Source of the DNA: Trypethelium eluteriae | Lineage: Eukaryota | DNA: 36,324 bases | Reading direction: 5' to 3' | Assembly: GCA_051942245.1 (NCBI GenBank) | Contig: JAVECL010000203.1 | Span: forward strand, 1-36,324 | Shown: in pieces, positions 22,909 to 31,958 of the stretch | Layout of the letters: each line of letters starts with the position of its first letter | Position numbering within the stretch: the first letter of the stretch is position 1 | The notes under the pieces: model-generated | Database searches by the model: none | What the model saw: only the letters and a program-made list of their open reading frames with translations | What the model was told of the DNA's origin: nothing | Translations under genes and position numbers: made by a program

Positions 22909-23961
22909 ATGAAGCTTTTCTCGAAGTTGTTCAAGTCCCGTGTCCCTACGGCTGAGCCGCTAACACAATGTCAGGACAAGAGCAAGCATGTCACACTCGC
23001 ATTCGCTGACCAGATCAGTAATAAGACTCTCAACATCGATTCTCCTGACTGGATGAACAGCAGAGAAGCTACAGATCACCCAGACAGTCACCAGGGTCTG
23101 CATCTCTATGGTTGCCAGCTAACCAATGAAGATTTTCTTAGTCGAGTGAAGAGCCACGGAAAGCCTTCCAGGAGATATAACCCAGGATTCTTTGGGTGCC
23201 GCGAAAAGGGATCGCCTGCAGATACCTACCCCGAATCATCAGGAAAGTGGAGCGAAGGGAAAGAGCCAGGGTTTGGATGGAAGTTGCAGAGGAGAGGCGC
23301 GCAGCAAGGCCTGCCGGGTTCAGTGACGATGTCAGCTGGAACCTTGACGCATGATCTGGATAATTCCTTTGAGAAATACGTTTTGCAACGCTTGGGTACT
23401 AATGCTTTCCCGGCCGATCTGGCTCCTTGGCATGCAACTTCCCCGCAGATGCACACAAGCACATTTGAAAATCAAATGCGCATGCAGAAATCTCAAATTC
23501 GTGGAAGACAGGAAGTGCTACAGCATTCTGATGGAGAATCAGGGTCTAGCGCCACTTGTGTCTCGGAGAGGAGCAACAAAACAGTGCAAAGTCAAGGGCA
23601 AAGCTCGCGATGTTCCCCTGCGAAATACAGACCAGCATCATTCGACGACCTGGAAGCTTCATTGACTCCACGCACACCAACATCGGATCACGAGACAATG
23701 GCTTCCCCTTTACACGGGCAGCTCCCGTACGTACATGGTTCTTCAAGCACGAAGAATCGTACATTAGGCAATCTGCGCGTCGAATGCTCCGCCTCCGGGA
23801 CGCGAGGAGAGAATTCTCACTTCAGAAGCAAGCACGGTCTCGCTAATCTCTGTAAACATTGTCCCACATTTGACGACCAAGGGCAGCTCCGTTCACTGAC
23901 GAGAAAATGCGGCTACAGTGATCTGCATAATCATTTCTTAGCTGGTCATGCTCAGGACTAA
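22909..23961 (+). CDS. Hypothetical protein, ~350 aa, largely disordered (ORF open from 22693; start uncertain)
   Basis: Long uninterrupted ORF; GAAAATG context at 22909; Ser-rich; no recognised domain. Confidence 0.55.
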   Translation: MKLFSKLFKSRVPTAEPLTQCQDKSKHVTLAFADQISNKTLNIDSPDWMNSREATDHPDSHQGLHLYGCQLTNEDFLSRVKSHGKPSRRYNPGFFGCREKGSPADTYPESSGKWSEGKEPGFGWKLQRRGAQQGLPGSVTMSAGTLTHDLDNSFEKYVLQRLGTNAFPADLAPWHATSPQMHTSTFENQMRMQKSQIRGRQEVLQHSDGESGSSATCVSERSNKTVQSQGQSSRCSPAKYRPASFDDLEASLTPRTPTSDHETMASPLHGQLPYVHGSSSTKNRTLGNLRVECSASGTRGENSHFRSKHGLANLCKHCPTFDDQGQLRSLTRKCGYSDLHNHFLAGHAQD

Positions 23962-24780
23962 AGCATGAGCTCAGTGTGATCCGACGAAATTGACCTGAAC
24001 TACGGCATATCAAAATGTCAAGGGCATTACTGTGGATCGACATTGATGTCGCTTGATCCTTATGGGGCGATGTCAATACCAGGCTGAGTCACTTCGATCT
24101 TTGAATTCTCTTATGCCTCCGATACATACTTATGTTTGAACAGGGCGCCGGTATATTCGTTCCAATACGCAATTGGAGTACCTGTGGGCCTGGTCTAGTT
24201 TAGCTTCTGTGAAATCGAACTTCTTTTTCTATAGCCCGTATTCCCAAACATGTTTCAAAAAAACCATTCTTTTAACTATCAGTGTTTTATTTAAATCTTA
24301 TACATGACTTTCACAATTCTTAACTTCTTCGTTGCCGCTTCTTCGAGCAAATTTCCGCACAATTCAGATAGATCAGGCTTCAAGTTTCTGTTTCTACGGT
24401 GAATATATGCTCCATTAGCGATCACAATGTTATTCCTCTGAAGGTGGCAATTGTGAGCCATGAAGCTCCATTTTCTGCATCGAGAAATGAGGGGGCCTCA
24501 TTCTGATGTCTTCTGAATTCACAATAGTCCTAGTTCACGAAGCATCACGCAAGGTATTTCGGGATTTCATAATCCCTTCAATGTATTTCTCTGCTTATTT
24601 ACGGACCGACTTCTTTCAAAGATTCCTAATAGCAGAATTGGACTTCTTCTATTTGACAGAACCTCTCTTTGAATCGAGCTACAGAGTAGCTTGTGCGTCC
24701 CGTATCAGACATTGTTGCGAACTGAGGAAGATAATTCATAGGCTGGACTTGACACTCCTCAGACCAAAAGAAGATAAGAT

Positions 24781-26925
24781 ATGGGACCTCGCGGGACGAG
24801 TGTTTGGCGACACTTGTTGGATTCCCTTTGCGGCCAGGCCAATCACGGAAAGAATGAACGAGGAGATTGGGACAGCGAGGCGGTTAAGAGATCAGGACGT
24901 CGCGCGGACGCCGTCGGAATACTTTTCACACCATATCCTCCTGAAGTCTCCAGCCTAGAACACACCGAGGATTTCATCATCGCAACAAGGAGGTTTCTTA
25001 TTATCGGTGGAGCGCTTCAAACCCCGAGGCCTCTGGTTACCTGGCCTATCCAATATAAAGCTCATATAAGGGCCAGATACCCTGGTGTAGCTGGGCGAGA
25101 TGAAATATATCGTGTCCAGAATGCTATGGTCTACAAGATTCCGCAGAGAAGATCATCTGAGCAAGAAGCTGGTCGCAAGGAGAAAGAGCACACCAGGAAA
25201 CTAGGGTTTGTACCACCGTGCTACTGTGCCAAATGCGACGGAAAGCAAAACATGGGCATTTCGTCGACTCGTGATGGCCTTATGCTTGATGGTTTGCGAT
25301 GCATCTCTCCGCTATGCCCACACAGCCGTGTTGGGCCGCTCATGGTCACAAATCTAGAACTGATGGTTTTCAAGAGTAAGCGCAAGCTACAGCGTGCCAT
25401 TAAGCTAGCAGAATATGACTGGAGAAAACAGTGGGAATTGCTCCCAACTGACGTTCGAAAACACGTTAGAGCCCCATCTCCACCTCGGGCAGCTCTACAG
25501 TACGGCGATTACGGTAGCTCCGAAGTAACGAAAACCGATTGCCGTAGAGCAAGCGTGGGATTCGGGGGACGAGACTACTTCGAAGAGCAAGGTGTCAAAC
25601 TTGAGCGGCCGGTAGTTCGACGCAAACCCACAGCCTGTTTGAAGCTGGTTTCCGGTATGCCGACTCCCAAGGAATCGATGCCATCGGATGAACCCTCACA
25701 AGGAACTCTTGACAAAGCAGTGGGGCCTTTAATACAAAATCAAGGCAAGAGTAGCAGTCCTGACCGTCCGTCCACTTCCTCGCCATTCCTAATGAACAAC
25801 AAGCAGCATATAAGGCACAGTACCACACATGTCGAATCTCAATCCGTCATCTCTCATGATGCCACCATGAACAATGTTAGCTCTGTCAGCGATCCCTCAG
25901 CCGTTCTGCGAAATGTCGAGCCAACTAAAGGGCTAGTATCACCACAGAACATGTCTGCGTTACCACCGCCACTGCCGCCCAAATCTCCCCTTAGGCAGAG
26001 CACGCTTGGATCACAATCGCCAGAAAAAAGGTTCAGTTTCCCACCTCCACTACCGCCCAAGTCTCCACTCAGATCACAATCCGTTTCTCCATTGCCACTC
26101 GAATCTCCTTATCGGTCACAAGCTGTCCCTCGCTTGCCACCTAAATCTCCACTCAGATCGCGACCTATTCCCCCAACACTAGTCCTCATGCTTCCTCGTA
26201 AGGACCAGTCTAGCACAACCATTCTTTATTCCCCATCTATCTATAGCGAGATATCCGTACGATCACGTTTACCAGCGAAATATCCTCTTCATAAGGACCA
26301 GTCTAGCACAACCATTCTCTATTCCCCTTCTATTTATAGCGAGATATCCGTACGACCACGTTTACCAACGAAGTATCCTTCACTTGACTACTGCCCGACA
26401 GCAGTTCAAGCTTGTATTCGTCAGCACAGCACGGTTAGACGCCTTGAGCGATCGGCTGAGAAAAGCGAATACTGGGACGGTTGGTACTCCTGGCCAGCAC
26501 AGTATGAAGATACTGATTCGGGATCTAAAGATGTCCACAGCATCGAGCCTTCCACTCACAGTGTGTCAACCTATTCAACTGCCCAAAGCGACAAGGAATC
26601 TTATACAATTTCTGTGTACACGGAGTCCACACGCCAATCCGCTGTGCCCGCACCCCTTAAGATCGGTAGGTCTCTGAGGAATGATGGATCTGGCACTTTA
26701 CGACCTCGCCGTCGATCTGCACCAAGTCAGCCCTTCCAACTTAGGCGCAGAGCCGATCTGACTACGTTCAGACCTCACGACTCCATCCTCTCTACTGAGG
26801 TCTTTCCCCCCACTCCTCGTGGACCCTGCCGTGATATCCGCTCGCAGGAGATTATGACACTATCTCCCTTGTCGCCACGCCGATCTGACTCCACAGGCTC
26901 AAGCACATGGGAATCTGTCCCATGA
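24781..26925 (+). CDS. Hypothetical Pro/Ser-rich protein, 714 aa, with Cys cluster (PCYCAKCDG...CISPLCPH), PPLPPKSPLR repeats and a 31-aa tandem duplication
   Basis: 2.1-kb uninterrupted ORF. Differences between the internal duplicate copies are mostly synonymous in this frame. Confidence 0.7.
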   Translation: MGPRGTSVWRHLLDSLCGQANHGKNERGDWDSEAVKRSGRRADAVGILFTPYPPEVSSLEHTEDFIIATRRFLIIGGALQTPRPLVTWPIQYKAHIRARYPGVAGRDEIYRVQNAMVYKIPQRRSSEQEAGRKEKEHTRKLGFVPPCYCAKCDGKQNMGISSTRDGLMLDGLRCISPLCPHSRVGPLMVTNLELMVFKSKRKLQRAIKLAEYDWRKQWELLPTDVRKHVRAPSPPRAALQYGDYGSSEVTKTDCRRASVGFGGRDYFEEQGVKLERPVVRRKPTACLKLVSGMPTPKESMPSDEPSQGTLDKAVGPLIQNQGKSSSPDRPSTSSPFLMNNKQHIRHSTTHVESQSVISHDATMNNVSSVSDPSAVLRNVEPTKGLVSPQNMSALPPPLPPKSPLRQSTLGSQSPEKRFSFPPPLPPKSPLRSQSVSPLPLESPYRSQAVPRLPPKSPLRSRPIPPTLVLMLPRKDQSSTTILYSPSIYSEISVRSRLPAKYPLHKDQSSTTILYSPSIYSEISVRPRLPTKYPSLDYCPTAVQACIRQHSTVRRLERSAEKSEYWDGWYSWPAQYEDTDSGSKDVHSIEPSTHSVSTYSTAQSDKESYTISVYTESTRQSAVPAPLKIGRSLRNDGSGTLRPRRRSAPSQPFQLRRRADLTTFRPHDSILSTEVFPPTPRGPCRDIRSQEIMTLSPLSPRRSDSTGSSTWESVP
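26199..26379 (+). repeat. Two-copy 93-bp-period tandem duplication inside CDS
   Basis: Copies start at 26199 and 26292 (TAAGGACCAGTCTAGCACAACCATTCT...). I count 6 mismatches over 88 aligned nt. Confidence 0.95.
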
Positions 26926-26937
26926 ATTGACCATAAA

Positions 26938-27252
26938 ATGTCCGATCCGCAGGCTGCCGGGGCGCCAATTCGACGGCCCGTGCAGGAGGGACAGCAGCTG
27001 CTGCCATTATCTCTGCAGGTGGGGCAGCTGACACGGAAGCCACGGCGGAAAGAATCGCTGAAGAAGTCGAGAGATGGAGACGAGCGCATGGAGGAGGCGG
27101 TTGAACATGGCGGAGATGGAGATGGAAGATTTGCACACGATGCGACGTTGAGAATCTTGGAAGGTGGTCCTGGAACGAGGCTGAGGGACGGTGAGAGCCA
27201 AATGCGGGTTCACCGGATTCTGGAGGATCGAGAGAGAGAACTGTGGATATAA
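26938..27252 (+). CDS. 104-aa ORF in frame with the upstream 714-aa ORF; possibly its severed C-terminus
   Basis: Same frame as 24781..26925, separated only by TGA-ATT-GAC-CAT-AAA. Charged, protein-like composition. Confidence 0.35.
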   Translation: MSDPQAAGAPIRRPVQEGQQLLPLSLQVGQLTRKPRRKESLKKSRDGDERMEEAVEHGGDGDGRFAHDATLRILEGGPGTRLRDGESQMRVHRILEDRERELWI

Positions 27253-28863
27253 GGAAGAGGTTGAGATTAGGTGGAGGGGTGAATAGGCGAGCTTACGTCT
27301 GCCTGCACCCTGGTGGTGTGCGTCTTCTTTTAGATAGGATAGTCAGGACTTCGTAGAACACTTGGATTCTTTCTGAATGCAGATGTATCGACGGTTTTGT
27401 GATTCCATCACGCGTAAGTTCTCTACAAAGATATCCACTGTGAGCACACAGATCTAGTGTCAACCCCACCAAACCATTGCTTCAAATCAGTGAGCGGCTA
27501 ATAGAAAGTGGGATTCCATCTGTATCTGTATATGGCTTTTATTTGAGAGGTTCAATACCTTCGTAGAACCTGGAACTGGTATAAAAACTCTCTAACTAGA
27601 TAACCTCATGATGAAATGAGTCAGACCGGATATGGAGCCATCTAAATTGGGTCCTTTCTTGAGTTTGGTCAAGCAAAAATACCAGAAACAATACAAGAAG
27701 TACACCAGCATGACAGTGCAAAATAGGTACCTACTAGACTTGGGCTCGGTGGGATATAATGCATCACGTGATTTATCAATTAAAGTTTGTCTCCCTTCAC
27801 ATGCATGGCATCAGCCCATTGCTTGCAGTGTAGGGGAGCCATCATCTCCTGTTTGCTCGATGCATGGCGAGACATGCGGACGCCGTTGTCCTACTTTCTT
27901 GCTTCTGTGGCCCAGTAATCGCCTCGCGATTGCACGTTGTTGTGCCCAATATCCATCACCGACCACTGTACCCAAGTACCCACTTATCCTGGTCAACCAT
28001 CACGCGAAGACAATTCCCAGATCGGGTCGCGGATGCGGCCCGCTTCCGATCAAGACCAACTTCCCAGGCTGGCGGGATTGCCGGATGAGGTTGACCGCAA
28101 AATCGCAAGAAGCAAGGTACGCGAGGGGAAATGACTTGTTGGGGTGGACTTGAAACTAAAAGTTTTGGGCACTCGCCTTAGTCTGCTGCGCTCCTTTGTG
28201 CTGGATTTCTGAGTGTGTTTTGCCTTAATGGTGAATTTGTTCAGATCAAGTAGATCTGTCACAACGGCTTGGCGATCTCTCTGGAGCGAGCTCAGGCATG
28301 CATAATACTGCACGTAAGAGCGAGGATGACAGATTGCACGTGAGTTTCTGCGGCTTATGACAGAGCACAAAGCGCGTATTTGCCACTGCAGATAGGAGTA
28401 GAAAGACCGGTTTGTTAGTTGCGTGTGTGACAATCACAGAAGTCTGCGAATACAATGAGACCTCACGTGAATGAAGCATTGTTTGCGAAATCTGATACAG
28501 GCCGTTGGGGACTTCTTAGATTGACTCAGATAGGAATATGCTTCTTAGTATTTTTTTCATTCACCTTTGGTGTTTTTCCGCGGGTCGGGGGACAAGCCTA
28601 TCTGCGGAATTTCTGGTGAAATAGTCTCAATTTCCTGTTCATTCGATTTACTCTACAGGACCGTCGAACTCTGAAGCCCACGCGACTCCACAGGTAGCAT
28701 TGAGGGAAGCTCAAGATAGCGAGTCGTTCCAACTCGCATCTCGCCAGTGAGACATCAATCATATTGAGCAGTTGGGCACACCATCCAGGAAGGCACTGAC
28801 GAGCAGTAGGTATCAGGTCCTCGAATTGTGCCCATAATCCTCAAATTTCTTTTCCTGCTCAAG

Positions 28864-29172
28864 ATGTGCTATCTCGAGAGCGTCTTCTACCTCGGCTGCC
28901 AGCATTGGGGCCCTGATCGAGTGATTGGAGAGCCATGTGTTCGAATCCAAGTTACAGGTCGTCGGGGCTCCAAAGGATGTTGGGGTGCTCAAACGATTGG
29001 ATGCGCCAACAGTAAAGACGTGTGCCCTAATTGCAGGAGGCGGCGGTCCAGTGATGTTGGCCCACGCTTTGCGGACTTCAGGGGGATCATGTTGTCTTCG
29101 CTTCGCGAGCTCTCAGGAGAGCGGTTGAGTGAAAGCTTGATCCGGAAGGCGAATCGAGCGTTGCGCGGATGA
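28864..29172 (+). CDS. Small Cys/His-rich putative zinc-binding protein, 102 aa
   Basis: MCYLESVFYLGCQHW...C...C...C...CPNC fits the MC-x-C-x-H...CxxC pattern common in small filamentous-fungal proteins. AAGATG start context. Confidence 0.65.
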   Translation: MCYLESVFYLGCQHWGPDRVIGEPCVRIQVTGRRGSKGCWGAQTIGCANSKDVCPNCRRRRSSDVGPRFADFRGIMLSSLRELSGERLSESLIRKANRALRG

Positions 29173-30356
29173 AGTTAATGCGAAGATGGATTCCTGAATG
29201 GGAAAAGTACCGCCCCAAGGCTTGTTACGGGAGCGACTGGAATCCGGAGAGCGTCGCAAGAGGACATGGGCAAAAGCGAAGAGAAGAAAGCATATCCATG
29301 AATTGTGTAAAAAGTCCTCACCTATTAATGTTTCCCGTTTAGGCTTTTCTGTTTTACGTTGGTGGCCAGCGACTAAAAGAGGCGAAGTCACGATAACGTA
29401 ACTCGGAGTTCGGAGGATTTTGGAGGCATATTTCTCTCTTTGCATGTTCTTCCAATTATCCAAGTTGTATAATATATCGGTAGAGCTGGATTACCTCTAC
29501 TGAAATACTCCCTAGAATGGCACTTCCGATTAAGGCTTGATCAGTCCATAGACAACAACTTGTGAGGAGCAAATGTTCGATGTGAATGAGAGTCTCGTCG
29601 AATGTTGGCACAGAGTATGTCCGGATGTAAAGGGGCGGAGAACTGACATGTAGATTGTCACAGTCGAGGGGACGGGTCATACATAATAAGATATGAGGGA
29701 AATCATATTCGTTGTTGGTCACTAAGCCAGCCCATTTGATGAGGCTCACAGGACTCATCAGGTACCCAGATATGTACGATCCGTGTCATCCTCGATGAAA
29801 GAAGGTGGAAGGTGGATGATCGGAGGTGGATGGTGCTACACATCGAAGCTGCAGCTGACTTTTGTAGAATAGCGAGAGATATATGAGGACAAAGTGACCT
29901 GCAAGGATGTAATGAGCGCGATTAGTAAGCAGCTAGAGCCGGGGCTGAGCAGGACTGAGCTCGACCTAACCGAGCATGCCTGATTTCATTCTTGAGCACC
30001 GCGAAGTGGTCCTGGAATTGGAACCAAATAGAGCATAGAGAGGCCTACGTCCTAAGAGTCTAGTCCCAGTAAGAGCTTCTCTTCGTTCAAAATTTTGTAA
30101 GTGATGTGAAGGCTGCAGAAAACTATCTGCTCTGATAGGGTCCAGTGCCTTCATCTCATGTATGCAGTCTTGCACCTTTGCTCCTCCAGCATAACCCATG
30201 TCTTAGGTCAGGCTGAATAGAATAAGCAGTCGATATCATCCCACCTCAGTATAGATTACGTTAGTTCGCTTTGTTAGTATATCTCCCCAATATAAGGTAT
30301 AATCTGAGACATTTGCTGCGTTTTCATCTAGCAGATTGTAGAGATGGGACCTTGAT

Positions 30357-30365
30357 TTTATATAT
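30357..30365 (+). promoter_or_regulatory. TATA-like element upstream of the tRNA gene
   Basis: TTTATATAT 32-40 bp before the mature tRNA 5' end, a plausible TFIIIB/TBP site. Confidence 0.4.
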
Positions 30366-30429
30366 TGAAAACCTGTACAAAATAACCTTCTAATTCGGTG
30401 CGATGGCGGAGTGGTTATCGCGTGAGACT

Positions 30430-30476
30430 GTGTGTAGTTATGCTGCCAATTTCCGAGTTCGAACTAATCGTTATAG
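30430..30476 (+). other. 47-nt spliceosomal-type (GT-AG) intron within the tRNA anticodon loop, between positions 33 and 34
   Basis: GTGTGT donor, AACTAAT branch site (30462-30468), TATAG acceptor. Length matches the mRNA introns in this window. Confidence 0.8.
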
Positions 30477-30480
30477 CGAA

Positions 30481-30493
30481 TCACCAATGCGAT
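30481..30493 (+). other. Canonical tRNA intron (13 nt, position 37/38)
   Basis: TCACCAATGCGAT follows A37. Its third-from-last base, G30491, can pair with C32 (the anticodon-intron pair used by the eukaryotic tRNA splicing endonuclease). Confidence 0.8.
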
Positions 30494-30539
30494 ATCTCAT
30501 TCCCTCGGGAGCGCAGGTTCGAATCCTGCTCGCATCGAC

Positions 30540-30558
30540 TTTTCCTTTTTGGTTTTTT
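30540..30558 (+). terminator. RNA polymerase III terminator (oligo-T runs)
   Basis: TTTT, TTTTT and TTTTTT runs starting 3 nt after the tRNA discriminator. Confidence 0.8.
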
Positions 30559-31958
30559 CTTTCTTCCACCACCCCCCAACCGCTTTCCTTTAATATCTTG
30601 TTTAAACTAGACTTCTTACTTATTGATCGTTTTCTACGTAGACATCTCTCCTTTTCTTATCTCTCAATTTCTATAGATTTTCTTGTAAGTCTAATTTTTT
30701 ATATTCTGTGGTAAAATTTTATCAGATTTGATATCGTACATGAAACATTAACCTCCTGTCTTTACGTGCGTGTCAACCATTAGCAGCCTGTGCCTTACCT
30801 CGATACCTAGGTAGTATGAGCTTCCCGCTTCCCAGCTTCCTTCCCTAAACTAAGGGACGTGCGATAGGTATACTCCTGGCACCCAATTCAGGGTCTTCTA
30901 GCAGAGATCAGAATACTGTAGGGGAGCACGGAAAGCCGCGAGGATATCCGCCGTCGATGGCTCAAGGAGGTGGTACTCGAAGAAAGACCCTTGGCTTGGT
31001 CCATACGCTTGCGAGCGTGCCGCTTGGTTCGAACTTCGGTACCCGTGGAAATTTGAAATTTACCTAGATATTGTAGTATTCCACCAAAGTGACTTGAGGA
31101 GGAGAGCAACCATGATTGACCTTGACTTGTCCGTGAGCACGCATGAGTAGAGCGCGAGTTGAGACGGTGCAAGAGTGAGTTGGTTGAGCCGAGATTGACC
31201 CAAATGTATTTTACTGAGTGACCGTCGCTGTATAGTGTACGGGATATGTACGGAGTATTATTGAACCAAGTTGGGACATGGGTGCGGTCAGTTTGTCCTC
31301 AATAATGGCGGAGAAAATTGGAAGACGATGGAAAACCAACATCGCCCACCAAGCGGGGAACCCTCCACTCTGAGCTGAGTGACAAAAACAAACACAATGC
31401 ATTCTGTGCCTTAGACAGATGATCTATTGCCAGTCCTAAGCCGAGCCTAGCGCCTGATCGGCACGGTGCTGGTGAACCAACGTGATGAGCTGTGATGCTA
31501 GCCGCATCCGCTGAAGGTCGAAAGTTGAGCCTGTCATTGATCCGACCCTCTGCTGCAGTTATGCCAGCCTTCGAGAGACACTGTAGATAATGTAGACATA
31601 GCAGACATGGCGAGACATCGCTATCGGTTTCCATGATTGCATTGGATCCGGCGCATCCATAGGAATTGCCGGCAGCGCTTGACCGAATTGGGCTTTCTGC
31701 GACGGCTGGGGCTAATACCACTGCATCGGGACGCTGCCCGAGGCCTCACCACCGGATGCTCACTTTTGCAATTCGAGAGCTGCTCACTTCCACCCTCAGC
31801 TGCGGCCCGATTCGGCCTCGCTGGAAGCCTCGCTCATTCACCGAGCATCTCTCTAGCACTCGCGCTCTTCCTCTCCCTTTCTCGAGTCGCCCTGCAGAGA
31901 TAATTTCAGCTACCAGCTTCGGCACTCAGATAAAACTGAGTAGGAGAAGCTAGACATC

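Larger units (their letters stand above)
30397..30537 (+). tRNA. tRNA-Ser(CGA) with two intervening sequences. Mature: join(30397..30429,30477..30480,30494..30537), 81 nt.
   Basis: Acceptor stem GGTGCGA/TCGCATC with G discriminator. A box TGGCGGAGTGG. Anticodon stem TGAGA/TCTCA. Long variable arm TTCCCTCGGGAGC. T arm GCAGG-TTCGAAT-CCTGC (B box). T-runs downstream. The CGA anticodon and A37 appear only after removing 30430..30476; a naive reading gives GTG with T37. Confidence 0.9.

Noticed and set aside
24506..24958. 150-aa ORF overlapping the start of the 714-aa ORF
   Set aside because: No recognisable motif and no convincing intron joining the frames; left unassigned.
27632..28479. Several overlapping 60-170 aa ORFs on both strands
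   Set aside because: No family motifs or splice-supported model.
30397..30537. tRNA-His(GTG) with one 60-nt intron
   Set aside because: The long variable arm and G73 indicate Ser, position 37 would be T, and removing the GT-AG segment restores a canonical Ser(CGA) loop.
30398..30714. Short ORFs over the tRNA and its T-rich flank
   Set aside because: Incidental frames over a tRNA gene and Pol III terminator.
31666..31953. 95-aa ORF ending 5 nt before the large gene
   Set aside because: Non-ATG start and different frame; likely 5' UTR or promoter.
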